Positions 24,001 to 39,000 are shown, counted from the stretch's first letter. The stretch is DNA of 64,000 bases from Candidatus Omnitrophota bacterium (GCA_030650275.1 JAUSEK010000015.1:3834-67833); one strand, 5' to 3'. Notes: generated from the letters alone by a model not told the origin. Numbers and translations: made by a program.

Positions 24001-27000
24001 CCTCCAATAAAGCCAGAGCCGCTAGGGCCAGCCCTGCTCAAAAGCATTTGCACCGGCTGGGGCAGGGCCGCAGGGCCATGGCCGCCGACACCAAAACCGC
24101 CTGAGTCAGGCACAGGATTGGACTGCGGCATCGGCATGGCGGGCGCCGCAGGCAACGGCGCAACCGGCAATGTCTTGACCGGCCGGCCATTATCTTCAGG
24201 CCCGTCTTCCCTATTATTAGTGTTTGCCTGGGCCTTACCGCCAAGTACAGCCCCGAGAGCGAATAAAATGATCGCTGTCTTGCTTCCGCCAATAACCTTC
24301 TTCCAGAAAGATTTTCCGTTCGTCTGCGCAGGGGCCGCCGCCGACTCATCGGCCTTGCCATCCAATCTCTCATCCAACCGTGCAAACACAACAGGATCAA
24401 GCGCCACCCTATTGGCGGCTTCATCGATCATCTGCTCGATATCCGGCGTCAACTGTTCAACATCGGCCAACTCCCTGATGGCATCAATACCCTGCCTGTC
24501 TTCACCGTTGAGCTCGTTTTTCTCCTGGGCCTGCGTTAAAAGATTCAGGATTTTACCTCTAACATGTTCCGCGTTAGTCTCGTCGATCCTGATATACTCG
24601 CCCAACACATTTTGAATATACCCAAACAAGGGCTCGTCACCATAGGTGACAAACACCCCTGTCTGGAGATCGCCGGGCTTAAGCGCATCGATCTTTGCCT
24701 TAACAGCCAGCACATGAGGTAAAACCGGCCCTTCATCATCGGAGTTTAGTTCTTCTATCATCTCTTCCCTGAGATCTTCATGTCTGGCGTATTGCACCCA
24801 TTGGCTACGAATCAGCTGTTTCCCTATATCAGCTGCCTGCCGGTCCTGCGGACGGTACTTCGCATCGACATAATGCAAAGCCCTGGACCGGACCTGCCGC
24901 GGGAATTTGACGTCACCCTGGGCAGCAGCCTGCAATTGATTTGCCATTTTCCTGATTTCTGGGTCACCGCTGTCTCTAAATGCCTGCGGATCAGCGGCGA
25001 TCTCTTTGAGCAGATCTTCGGCCTCCCCAACAATGCTGTCGATCTTAAGGTCAGCGACCTCGGCTTTTATATTATTGCCCCAGCGTTCCAAACGAGCGCT
25101 TTGTATATCATTGCCCTTGCCGACTGCGTACTTGCCCTCCAGTAAAAAGTCATCGGCCAAATCATCCAGGCCCAAGGCCCTTAAAACATCAGCCCGGCCG
25201 ACATTCTTGCTTTGTATGATCGATCCCAGGTTGTCGGCGTCGAATTCATCCAAAACTGCAAAGAAATTGTTCACGGCCAAAGAGAGCGCGTCGGCCGCCT
25301 TCCCTGCTGACTTTTTGGCGGTATGACGCGCGCGCCATCCTTCATGGGTACTACCGTCCGTTCTACCAACTGCCCAGCGCACACCTGTCTCAGCCTCCCA
25401 CGCCACCAGCCATTCTGCGGCCGCATCAGCCAGAGGCTTCAATGCTTGCGTAATATGGTGATCCCTTTTCTTTTGCGCCATAACATACAGCTTTTCAACC
25501 CAAGGCAGGAACGAACCAGCGGAGCGCGTCTTCTTAATATCATGTCTAATGGTCCGTTCACTGGCCAGATCCAAGGCCAGCACAACCGCGACAAAGGCCA
25601 CTTCTTCCGGTCTGATGTCTTTGACGATGTTCTCGGCCCGGGCGATCACCCCGTTAGGGGTATCTAAATATCCGCCCATGGCCATTTTCAGGTTCTCGCT
25701 CAAGGACAACAAAGCGTTAATAGTATCCACTATTTCGGCACCCTCGGGCGTTAAATAAATCCCGTCATAGGTCACGTACTTCGGATCGCTCCTCAACGAT
25801 CTTTCAATCTCTTCTCCTTGCCGTGCAGTCGTTGCTTGAACACCCAACCGTTCACCGGGCTGAATGCTTCTGCCGCTGTTGCCGGCGACTTTCTTGAACG
25901 CTTCGCGCTTAGTCGCCACGGGCATGGGCACATTGGCCACGGCCACGGCCTTGAGCGTGCGCGCCACGGCACTGGCAGACTCGACATTATCCTTGTCCCT
26001 GAGATAATCCAAAAGCAGACGGACGGCTGTTTGCGTATCACCCGCGTCTGTCAAGGCCCGCAACTGACGGCGGATGACCGTATTCAAGTCAAAATCATCA
26101 ATGTCAATGACTAGGTTCCAAACAGGTCCCGCATGGTTCGTGTAACGTTTTGGAGATTCAGCGTCGGGAGCTTCCGCGCGTCCGAACAACTGCCGTATCA
26201 AAGAACCATAATGCGGGTCGCCGATATACACAGCGACATTCAGATCACCGTCGGCCACACCCTCGACATGTCCCAGCAGATCACTGCCGGTGATGTCGCC
26301 GGACATAAGCAAGATGGCCTTTGTATTTCTTCCTTCTTTCATCTTTTCCCGTATGGTATCAACTTCGGCCTTGAAACGGTCCCTGTTGTCCTGCCCGTCC
26401 CGGCCTAAAATGGGTTCGGGGATGTATACGTTTTTATCCAAACCAGCCTCATGCAAGAGTTGATGAATCCGTATCAGGATATTGTCGTTATAAACCACAC
26501 CGACCCCGACATTCAGCGAACCATTGATGCTATCACGCAGCCTCTCAAACAGTGCTCTGGCCTCTGCTTCCACGCCGCGGGCAAATCCGACGGACAATTT
26601 TCTTTCGACAACTTCCTGATATGTTGACGGCAGGCTTTCATTGACAACAGCCGTGTGTATGCCAAGAGCGCCGGCCGTTGGCTGTGCAATGCGCGCTGTC
26701 CCGCTCATGCCGTTGAGCCGGTCCGCCAGATTGACCATGGCCTCGACAGCACTGACCGGCTTGAGGTCTTTGCCTCTAGTGTTGTAGGCCTCCATCATTT
26801 TCCGGCGCAATTCGGCTTGACGCGCCTCTTGGTCTTTGTCGGCCTTGTCGTAATCCCGATACTGCAAAGCAACGAGCCCGTTGAGGACCGTCCCGATCAG
26901 GTAGTCCGATGAAACAAGTTTTTCGTCATTCATACCTTCGAGGCGCAAACTGTACGAGCTATGCTCATCATCAACGGCGTCAAAATGCTTCCCCTCGGCC

Positions 27001-30000
27001 ATTTGACTGCCCTTGGCCCAGGCATCCGCCAGCTCAAGAAAATCATCCGGGGTGACAAATGTTGAGATACCGGCAAATTGCTGCCTGGCCATCAGATGTC
27101 TTTGAACGGCATAAACGGCGTTCTTATGTTTCTCGTCCCGGGCAATATGGAAATTTTTTTCCTCGACCCTGCCGAGTTCATTCACATCCGTCACCAGAGA
27201 ATCCTTGAATTCATCCTGTTGATGGAGTTTGTTCAACTCCCGGATGACTTCCAGCACAAAAGCCATCAGAAGCTCTTTTTCCTCGTATTCCTGCTGACTA
27301 AGGTGGGCGGTGGAGCCGAATACCCCGCGGATCTGGTCCGGAGAAACCACATATCCATGAAATTCGTCAACAAGGACGTGGAAGATCTTGTTGTAGACGC
27401 TTTTGTTGTTGTTATCTTTGTAATCACGCTCGCGATTGAGGACAGCATCCTTGGCCAGGAAACGCAATTGCAAGCGCGCGCCCTCATCTCTGTCGACCCC
27501 CGGGATGGGTTTAGATCCAACTTTAAAAGCCTCCGGAGTTTCTGGATCATAAAGGAACTGGTATATGTCCACCCCTTCAGCTCTTAATTCCCTTAAAATA
27601 GACAATGAGAATTCATCGAACTTCTCAAACAGATCCGGTCGCAATGACCAATACTCTATGACATCGCCGGCCTTCAAATTGCCCATCTTGACCCCAGCCA
27701 GAATACCGGTCAAGGCCGCGGCAGTCTTGCCGCCGCCTGTCTTAAGACCGCGCAAATTCCTGTATTGTGGATCAAGTATGGGCAGAACCGTCAGTACGCC
27801 AACAGCGATCTGTTCAGGAATGAGTTCATAACGGTCCTTGTATGCGAGGCGGCCGTTACGTTGGTGTATATCGACAACCTGCCTGATAATGTCGTCACGA
27901 AGATCATTATCCACAGCTGGGAACCCGTCTTTCTGGATCGCTTTACTGAGCGCATCTCTGATCTCCTGCAATTGTTGATCAGATATTCCCGGAGACGCCA
28001 TCATGGCCCGGTCACCGAAGGATCTCTGCTTTGCTAAGTACGCCAGCGCTTCCGCCAAAGCCCCCCTTTGGCTATCCCTGTCCGGATATATGTCCGCCTT
28101 GGGGATCTCTTTTCCTTGGTGCTTGACGATTCCAGTTCTGAAAAATCTGTCTACATCGATGTCCCTGTAACCACTCTGATAATCCTTAATTTGCTCCTCA
28201 ACGCCTTCAATGAGCTCCGGATCGAGCCTGCTCATATTATTTCCTGCGCCAGCGGCATAATTGTTTTGCAACAACAACGACAAATCTGTGCCGACTTTTT
28301 TATCGATGATTTGCCGCTCTTGGGGAGACAATTGCACCGTCATCGCCTTGTCGCCGACATCGAGCTTGGCCAAGGCGTAATTCAGGACCTCGACCTGATG
28401 ATTCTCATCCTGTATTCCTCTATCTTTAAAGAACCGGGTGATCCCGGGATCAGAAGCGTCGGATGCGGGCTTTCCGCTATAAACGATATCGCGATAATCT
28501 TCAATGTCCCCCTTCACGTCTTCCCTGATCGCGCCGCGGGCGATAAGAGCATCCGCCAATTCAGCCCGCTTCTGTGCTGTCATCGCCGCATAGACCACGG
28601 GCGCATTGGCATCGGGGACGACCGAAGGGGTGATGTCGGCCTTGGCAGTACGGCCAGCAGTCATCACATCATCAATAGTCACCTCGGACAAAGGTCCGAC
28701 GGTAGATGGTATGACCGCCGGAACAGGCATGGCAGGCACGGGGACAGCGGGAGCGATGTTCTCGATCTTCGGAAGCGCGGCAGGCGCCTGGACCTTGGAC
28801 GTTGAAGACGCGGCCCCTGTGACTTCTTGCCAGATCTCATCAACCGTGGCTGTTGCACCGGTTTCCTCGATCCATAAAGCAATATGACTCTTAACGATCC
28901 CAATGCCTTCAGCGTCCTTGCGTTGAGACGCTGCCGCGCGCACAAAGCCTACCAATTGCTCTCTGCCAAACTGGACCAGCACGCTTCCGATGAGATCTCG
29001 CACCTGTGTCCAGGATTCCCTGGTGACAGCCATCGCGAAGTCCCCTTCCTTCGCCACGAATTCGTCCACGCGGCCGTCCAAAGACAGCATCATGTGTTCA
29101 ATGAACATGGCCGGGTCTTGTTTTTTGCTCCAATATTGCGCTATGGTAAAGTCGTCATAGGCGATCATTGATTGATCAGTGACAGCCACGGCACTAACAT
29201 GAGTAGAAGAACCAACATTCGACGGCTGTTGGGCGCGCAAGGTCTCGGCAATGGAGACAAATTGTGGACCGATAACACGGGCGCGGAAAGACGGCCCTAT
29301 CTTGGGCAAACTCATCAGCGCCCTGTCTGGATCAGGGCTATTCAAAGCATTGGTGACCTCGGCAGGTATGGTCGCAAGTTCAACGGGCAGCAATGTTTCT
29401 TCAGGAGAGATGTGGATCTCGCCGAACCGTCTGGCTTCCAAAGATCTCACATACATCTCAAGGCTGTCCCTTTGGGTCCGCAAATCAGTGGCGTCTTTAC
29501 CGTCAATCTCTGCGTCGGAAAGCTCAACGTTAAGCCTATCCAGCATGTGGCGTCTTTCAGCCAACTGCTGGTTTTCCTTTATAATGGCCTCCCGGTCAAA
29601 GTCCGCGGCACGGCGATTGATGATAGCCATCCGGTCTTCGGGATGAGGATGGGTGGCCGGCCCGATCTCTCCGGGAACATAGTGAGTCATCGCTTGCACG
29701 AGCATGCTCCTCATGATGGATGGGGCATTCCCGGGACCGTAGAGGCCCGCCAATATATCCGTCGCCACCTGATCGGCCTTAAATTCCTGTTTCAAGCTGA
29801 ATTCGCTGAATGCCCTTGATTCATCCCCATGCTCTTTCTTAAATCTCTGCCAGTCCTGAAGATAACCGGTGATGCCGTGGGCGAGTTCGTGGGCGATAAA
29901 CGCATGGACTACTTTCGGGTCCATACCGGTCAATATCGGATGAAGCAAAATGGTGTTGTGTTGATACCAGGCAAGGTCTCCAAAATTTATCCTGATGCGC

Positions 30001-33000
30001 CCGGCCAATCCGGTATAACCAAGGTCTTGCGCGGCGGTTTTGACGACAGCAACGCTGTTTTGCAAAAATTTGATGGTCTGTTGTGGCCCCTTTTTCAGAT
30101 CAGCGAGGGTAATGAAAGAGCCATGATCGCGGGATTCAGCAGCGGCCATAGCTTGTACAAAAACCAATTTGAAATTATGCGCTCTCTGCGCAGAAGCGCC
30201 TCCGAGCATGGCGTGGTCAGGACGCGGCGTTGACGTATTCGCCAAAACGGCAGCATCGGCAACCTGTTCTTGAACATTGGGCCTGCGGGTAAAGGGCAAT
30301 ACACCGACAACCCTCTCTTTTAATTCCCATTTCCTTTGAATGCTGACGTTTTGCTGGTGACTACGCGTCCTGTCCTGTAAACCGATCAGTTCGTGTTCAA
30401 TGGCTTTGGAGATTCTGGACTCTCTGGTTTGTTGATCAATAGGCGCCCCGATCTCCTGTAAAAATCCCTCATTAAGATCGGAAGCTCCCGTGACAACGAT
30501 TTGATTATTCTTTTCATCCGCATAGCCGGCGGGAACAGAACTTCCCATCTTGTGGCTAAAGCGGATGCTCTCCAGATAAGAAAGCCCCGTGTCCGGATTT
30601 TCAGTGAATAATTCTTCCTGCCGATCCAAATATTCTCTCATGGATGCCCTTGTGCCTTTCGCATCCAAATCGGGCAACGCGACAACCGAAACATCCCCCT
30701 CCTGCTTGACAGGGTTAAGCGCGGTCGCGATCAATCTTGCGTATTTACCCTCAGCATCATGTTTCCTGAAATAGGCAGCGGCCAAGTCCAAAGCACGACG
30801 ATAAGCCGCTACCTTTGCGTCATCCGGGCTGACGCTTCTTAAATCCACCAATGTGCCGCGCTCTTTGCTGACTTGAACGTTATAATCCTGCCAGCCGCCC
30901 ACATGCTCGTCGTTGTTGACGATCTGCGACGCAATGAATTTATCCCAGCGATTGGCCCCCATGCTGCGGACCTTTGAATTGGTACGCGTGATGGGCACAA
31001 CGATCTTTCCGTTCTCCTGTTTAAGGGCGCCCAGGACAATGCCGGCTTTGATCAATCTCTGCGGGGTCCAATACGCCAGGAATTGCAGCATTTTCTCGGG
31101 ACTATCAAATTCTTGCTTGGCCTTATGCGGCGCTTCAAAGAATTGTATTGCCTTGATGCTCGCCCCGTCTTTCTTGTGGGCAACATCCACGATCGTCAAA
31201 TTGTTCCTGAACGCATCATATTGATACGGCCTGAGCTGGACGAGCCCTCCTTCCGCCACAGGAGAGGCCTGCAACTTGACAAGCCCTTTCGTGATCTCTT
31301 CTTCATGTCCGGCATAATTAACGAATTGACCGTTGATGGTCAGAAGTTTTGACTTGAATTCCGCCTGCAGACCATGCTTTTTCTCATCGCCGGGCTGATA
31401 GACCATTGTCAAAAGTTTGAGATCGTTGGCTATGAGCTCCTGATGGCTGTGGCGGGTTTCGGAGACGGCTTTCACATTACCTTGTTCATCCTGCTGGAAG
31501 GTCAAATAACCGTCAAAGAAGCTCAGCGGCACATTCACGGCAGAAAGTTCATACCCACGGGCCTTGGCCAAATCAAAACGGCCTTGGACGTTGGCCTCTC
31601 TCACCTGCCTATCGGCTTCGGCGGCGCGTTCAAAGGCAGCCCTGCGGGTCCTCTCGGCGGATTCGGCATAAACAACACCGGTATTCATGGATCGCGCCTC
31701 TTTCTGCATGGCCTCCGCCACTTCCAACATGGCCTGGTCAAGATTGTCCTTGGCGTTCTGTTCGTTCGCAGTACCGACGGCCTGTTCATATTCTTTTTGT
31801 TTGCGGTCCAATTCAACTTTCTCGCCTTCAGTCAAACCCTGGTCATGGGCCGAAACCACCCATTCGGCTTGACCGAGAATACGGCGGCGGGCCAAGGCAT
31901 CCGTAATACCGACACGCTGGAGGGCCTGCAAAAGGTCCGCCTTGGCGGCCGCGTTGCCCAGAATGAACCGTGCTTCAATGGGAACGGCTTCCTTGCCGAA
32001 GACAGGATTGACATAACTGGCAATGTTCGAACCGTCGTAGATCTGGCCGATAATGATCTTCTTCTTGAATTCTTTTTCGCCACCGGAGGCCTGGTATGCC
32101 TCCTGCTCCTTGCGCAACTGCTCTTCCAGGGCCTTGGCCTCAAAAGAATTGCGGACATGAATGATCTCAAAACCATTGGCCTTGGCCCAATCAGCCAGCT
32201 GGTTGTGAATGGCATCGCGGACCTCAGTGACGTTATGCGAAAAGATGATGACCTTGGCTTTTGCGTCCGCCGCATTCCTCTTAATGGCGTTAATGCCGGA
32301 TTCAATGGAATTCTTGGAGTCATAAATAAACCGCACGGTCCCGCCCAACACATCTTTGATCTGGACTTCAGGCCGGAGTTCAATGATGTTCATGTTCAAA
32401 TCGTTAATGAACGTCGAGCGAAAATCACGCGCCGTGGCGGTCAATCCTATGAACGTTCCGGCCTGTCTGATGACATCCGCATAGGAAGTCCCGCCTTTTT
32501 TGTCAGACAATGTATTTTCATAATAAACGTCGTCGGGAGCGTCATGGAGCACCGCGAACATGCGTGCTCTGGCGTTCAGACCCTTACCTTCATCGCCAAA
32601 ATGAGTCCTGCGCAGGGCCACGCCTTCACGCATGTCCATGGTCTCATAACTCAACATACGGCCCTGGGCATCTCTTTCTGTGACACGCGCTTTGTTGCCC
32701 ACAATGGCGTTGACCGCCGCGTCAATGAGCTTACCCAGCTTTTCATCCGCCTCTTTAGCATCATAATATTGGCTGTCCCTGAATGTCTTGTCGGATCTCA
32801 ACTGATCTGTTATCTGCTTTTTGACGTCACTACTCACGGAATACTCATAGCGAGCGTCCAGTCCTTTATACTTATTGCCCCCCATGACTGGCTGGTCGTA
32901 GGTCTTTCTGGTCACAATGCGGTTGCCGTCTTTATCCACCATGCCGCCTTTACGGCCGATGAAATCCATAACCTTCTTTATGATCGCTGTGTCGTGGGTC

Positions 33001-36000
33001 CGGGCCTTGGCGACTTCCGCCTGTTCTGCGGCAGACAACTTAGTGAATGCTTCGCGGCCTTCTTCAGCCATACGCAAAACAGGGGACAATAAACCGGCCT
33101 GCGGTTCATCCCCAATCACAAAAGTGCCTTTGAACTTCCCTTGTCTTGCCAGCATCTTGGATTGTTCAATGGTAATGACGTTAATGCCGGGTTTGAAATC
33201 GTGTTCGCTGAGATCTCCGGATTCAATGGTATGATGCATGGCGTCTCGGGCAACCTGCTTTTCAGCTTGGGTCAAACGGTCACCGGTTGCCGTCACTAAC
33301 TGCTCCACTTCCTTGGCCTCAACAAGCTCGAGGTCTTTTTGTTCAGGAGTAGTGTCGCGCAAAACACGCTCGATCTTTTCTGCCGAATGATTGACCGTGT
33401 CAATGTCCGCTGTATCGAACGCCCCGCTTTTGTCCGCCGATATCCTGTCAAAAATGGCTTCCCCTATGGTCTTGGCGCCATGCAGGCCGACCTCAATGCC
33501 TTTTTGTTTGGCAAATTCCTTGATGTAATCTTCTATTTTGGCTTTATTGACGGCATAGTTCTTTTCAGAGGTGATGAACACAAACTTCTCGGCAGGCCTC
33601 TTGCTGGCTATCTCCGGCAACAGAGGAAGCATGATGGTCGTCTTACCGCCGCCGGCAGGATCATTGAAAATAACTTTGGCGCCTTGACCGATCTCAAATA
33701 TGTGCTGTGCCGACAAACCGAGTGTCGCCTGTGCAACGTCAAAATCAAAGATGTGTCCATTTGCGGCTTTACGGTACGCCTCGGACAAAAAGCTTGTAGC
33801 ATACGCCTTCTGGCGGAGATTCAATTCCGACGAAGTTTCGATCTTTGCTCTTAACTCAGTGAATTTGGCTTCGGATAAACGTGTCGGATCAGTTGGCCGT
33901 ATTCTTGTCCCCTTTTCTCCGGTCAATACATCGTTGAACACGCTTTCTACGGCCTGCGCTTCCCGTTCATGTCGGGCCTTAAATGTCGGCTCATTGATAC
34001 GGACGGTGTTCAGGAAACGATTGTACCCTTCACCTAATTTTGGAACGAACGCCATCCGACGGAATGAATTCCATCTGTCGGAAATACTGCGGACAAAATC
34101 ACCGTTCTTTAAAGTGCCTATAAATCCGGGTTCACGGGCGGGTACTTTGGAAACTGGCTGGGCTATGAATGCTTTGTCGGGTCTTGGTGCTTCAGCGGGT
34201 CTGGCAACGGTGGAGGGTTCGCGGGTTTCCTCACGGCGAGTATCAACCGAATTGTTGTCGGCAAACATCTGGACAGAATTGGAAAGGCGGGGGGCAGGCG
34301 GCGCGCGGGAAGGCGATTGTTCCAACGCCACTTCGCCGGGCCTGCGCACGGCATCCGCGGCGCCCGGGGCCTGTAAAACACGCTCAGCATAGTCATGCGT
34401 AGACATACGGTTTAACCCGTCCATAACTCTCTGGCCTTCGGCGCCCTTAAGATGTCCATTGCTTGCTGCCTCAACCAACCCGAATGTAAGAGCTTCCGCA
34501 AACTCGTGCGACCCGACCTCGCCCCATCCCAACCCTGTTTCAGGACGAATAATCTGTACAACCCTCTTACCACCTTCCCTACCGAATGACCCCGCACCCT
34601 GGCTACCCTCCAGCATTTTGGCAGCATCAGGAGCAATATAGGTTGCAAGGCGCACATTGCCCTTTTCCCAAATGCGGGCGATTGACTTACCGTCAGCATC
34701 ATAATGCTCGATGACCTTACCACCGCCATTGATATCTCTCACCTCTGTCCTAGCAATACGTCCGCGCACTGTTTCAACGGCGCTGTCCACCACATGCTGG
34801 GTGATTGGAGTATCCCTAAAAGCAAAGGTGTCCGATGTTTTACTGATGCGGTAGCGCTGGAGATTGGGAGCTTGTTGCGCCAAACTTTTACCATCGGCCC
34901 GCGCCGCTAACCGAGCGTCATTGAGATTAGTATTCATAGGAGAATAAGAGACCCCTGTTTCTCCTTCTGCCACAACAAATACTCTTGGCATCTTTCCAGG
35001 AATTATCCAGATGTCCCCTTCTCTTGGGCTTTCCGTCGCGTCCAGACTCTGAACTCCCTGCCCTTCCAAGACACGTCTGCCAATGGCCTCCGTCACCTGG
35101 GCATCCTGGCGCGCCATCTCTTCAGTGCGGCCAGAATCTCTTATTGCCGTCCTATCTTTTGACGTCCGTTTATCCCGTCTCCCGAGTTCGGCAACCATAT
35201 CAGGCAGTGTCATGTTGACCAGGCGGGTTGCAGTCTCCTCTGCTGGGATCAGCCATTCTCTGGTAAGACTATCCGCTATCCAATGCTCATCACGGGCATC
35301 CAACGGACGCGGCCCTCTTTGAACCGACTGTTCAGACCTGGCTTCCGGGGCCCTCTGCGATGGGGTCTGGGTTCTGGCTACGGCAGGCTCGACGGCAGGC
35401 CTTGGCGCTTCAACAGCAGTACGCCCAGCAGCCTCACTGGCGGCCCTGCGCCTCTCCACTCTTGCATTTCTGGCATCAGCTCGAGACTTTTCTTCGAATA
35501 ATCGCTGGGATCCTACGATTTCAATTTTACCATCTGGACGTCGAACACTGCTACCCAGATACCGCCTTGTTTTCCAATTATAGTCTACGGTTTGAATCTC
35601 CCCCTCAAATGCATCTCCTCCTCTGGATCTCACAAAAGCCCTATCTCCTATCTGCCAAGGGCTCACCTTTTGAAATAACCTGTCCAATTGCGCTTCTAGA
35701 GGAGCCATTACGTCGGACGAGGTTTCTACTCTATCTAAAGCCTGCAGCCTGCTATGCAGAGTTTCAAATTCTGTTCTTTCTTCCGGAGTAAGACGATTTA
35801 AATCCAGTTCTTCTGACCGGGAAACCAAATCATGCAACCGTGGATCAACAACCGGAGTAGATGGCCGGGCAGTTGAGGGGGCAGGCGGCGCTGTTTCAAC
35901 AGCTGGTGCACTGGCGCGTGATGGAGCGCGGGCTGGTTCGACGATCCTGGCTGCAGAGGCAGGCCTTGCCGCTTCAGCAGCGATGGAAGATCTCGCGGCA

Positions 36001-39000
36001 GTGGCCGCTACTTGTTCAGCTTCCAATCTTGCTAAATTCCCCCTTGCTTCTTCTAATCGACCCCTCGCTTCAGCAAGACCAGTATCAGCTGCGGCAGATC
36101 TGACTTGGGCTTGCCTTAGGCGCTGTACCTTTGGCCCTAAGACATCCAATTGCTCTTGAAGTCTGCCGGCCTCCTGTTCTGCCCGCTCTCCGGTAAGAGT
36201 CAGCGTGCCCCCTCCTACACCAAGCTCAATTTCTCCGCTCCGGCTATATTTTGCTAATGTTTCGCTTATCGCCCGGTGGCTTTGCAGATCCTGGTCAGAT
36301 ACACCCTCGCTTGCTTTGTATAATTCCGCACCTTCTTGCCCACTTTCCTCCTGTGCGGCACCTACCTCACTTTGTCTTCGTGTAACTCTTTCCCGCATAC
36401 TATCCGGCGTTGCCCGTTCGTGGAACCTTGAACCTGTTGAAGGTTGGGCCGGTTCGACGGTCCTGGCTGCGGCAGGCCTTACATCGACAGGCCTTGCTGC
36501 ATCAGATGGTGTACCTGATGCGCGTCGGGCTGATCCATCGACATTCCTGACAAATCGACCTGCGGTATCATAGACCTTGGCTGTGGTCCCATCGGAGTTC
36601 TCAATAATCTGGGTTCTCCTGATGCCATTGGCATCATAATGTTCAGTGTACGTATATCCGTCGTCGTCCAGAGCTCTCATAACCTTGATCCTTAGTGTGC
36701 CTTTCTTGTCATGATAAGAAATTGTTTCCTCATAATCGTCCCTACCAGGAACTGAACTAGCGATCTCATCCAAAGATGCTGTATAGACTCCGGCAGGTGG
36801 TATGGACGCCTGCGGTGGACGAGCCTCAGGAACAACGGGTCTTGCCGTGGCAGCAGGCCGTGGCGCTTCAGCAGCAGCAGGCGGCGGCGTCATTCGAGGT
36901 GCGGGTGTGAGTTCAAAGCCAGGAATATAATGTTCGGCCTGCTGTAATTCATCTCCTTTGAGATCGGATCTCTGGGCAATGTCCCTGGCCCTACCAATTA
37001 AAACATCTGCGGCGGCGTCATTACCTAATCTACTTTCGGCATAAGCGGCCAATAAAGGATGTCTCCATTCATTAGGATCCAAATCCATCGCTTTTTGCGC
37101 ATGGTCTCTGGCTGCCGCGTGATCACCTGATGCATTGTCAATTCCACTGACTCGTGCATGAAGATTAGCCAAGTCACCGTTTGTCGCCGGGTCCTTGGCA
37201 TTGCCAGCCTTTTCTATCGCCGCCTTCGCCTGGTCGATCAGTCCCGTGTCCGGTGCGGCACCATCTTGCCTTTGAGCATCATGCTGTCTGATCAATGCAT
37301 CTGCATGCGACGCATGATACGCGCCATTGTTGGGATCTAAAGCAACCGCTTCTCTGGATAAAGCCGCCGCTTTGGCCGCAGACTCGGCTGTCACAGGCGC
37401 TGGTTTGGCCCCTTTTTCTACAGATGGCCTCAATAATTCGTTACTCTGCCGATGCGAAACCTGGGCCAAACCTTTTTTAGCATTCTCATTATGCGGATCC
37501 AGTGCCAATGTGGTTCTGTAAGATTCCTCGGCCTTAGCAAGATCGCCTTTACGGAAATATTGTGCTCCTTCAGCGGCATGAAAATCCCCTGGCAATTGCC
37601 CCGACGGTTTAAGCGGTAAACTCCAAAACGCAATGCTGTGGCTGACTTCATTATTTTTGCTCTTCACGTAATTTCCGACAAATTCAGCGGTATTCTCGGG
37701 AGCGATGCCCTGGCTCTCTGCCTGTTTCATTCCTTCATTGATCCAACGCTGCTGCAGCCCTGGCTGTCTTTCCAACCATCTCTGGCTAATGACTTGAACG
37801 ACGTCCAGTTGTGCGATTGTCGGCAACATACCATGAGTGCCTTGAGCGACCCATCTTAAAGCCTTCCGTTCCAAGTTGCTGATTCCGGGACTAACCAAAG
37901 CGCTCACCGGCAGTTGGAACACGGCCAAGCCGGGTCCTACACGGGAACCCAGCGGCATACCCCCGGCGAAATCGCTGATAAACTTTCCTGCCAAAGAAAT
38001 CTCCTGGCCTTGTGCGCCTTTATGCATGGGCTCAAAGGCCTCGACCCAATTTGCCTGACCATCCAAGATCTTGGTAACAGCCGCATGCGTTGGCACGCTT
38101 ATCATGCTCCATGCCGGCATAATGACACCGAAATCCGCGGCCCCGACAAGGGCAAGCCGCGGAAATATCATCGGATGCTCGGCAATATGTCTGATCCCTA
38201 TGCGGCCTAACGGATTTTTCGCGTCAATGGCCGCCCACTTACCGGTCTGGGCCCAACTTTGCATATACGGCCGCGCTACGCCCAAAGCGCTCACCAACCC
38301 GCCAGCAGCAGCCCCGAATCCAATGTAACCCCAGCGGTTTGAAAAGTCAGACCACTTTTGATCCTTGAGTCTGGGATCATAAAGAGAAACAGCATATCCG
38401 CCGGCAGCGCCTATGCCCGCGCCTGACAAAGTTTTTACAGCAGCACGTGCCCAGAATTCGCCTCCCTTAACACCAACTTTGACCTGACCGAATGGGAGTC
38501 GTAAAATTCCAGAGCCCGCGATGCCGCCCAACGCGGCGCCGGTAGCAGTGTATTTCAGGACGCCGCCGAAACTGCGATTAGAATCCCTTAACCCAAGCGT
38601 GAGCCCGCCCGCCGCGCCCAAGCCGGCGCCAACCGCAGACCCCTTAAGAGACAACAAGCGAGACATTGTGCCGCCTGCGTTTTGTTCTCCATTATAAGCC
38701 ACGTTAGCCCATTTAGGGATCGCCTGTAGCAAGCGTCCGGAAACAAAACCGATCCCGAAATCAGAAAGCCCCATCCGTCCCGAATAATTCGACCACCCCT
38801 TATTCGTTATGCCGCCCAAAACTGAAATACCGCCGTACCCCGCGGCATTGGTCCATGGCCTTAAAGCATTGACAGTACTGATAACCTTAGGATTTTTCGC
38901 CCACTGACCCGCAACTCCCTTGACCGCTTGTCCGCCAAACGATTTCAATACGCCATAAGCTGCCCCATACCCAAGGCCAATGCCAAAATCTCTTCCCAAA

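Noticed and set aside
34690-36670. RHS/YD-repeat toxin (EHYDANG, VYDTAGR, EHYDADG)
   Set aside because: Only isolated hairpins; no regular YD array and no RHS core motif.
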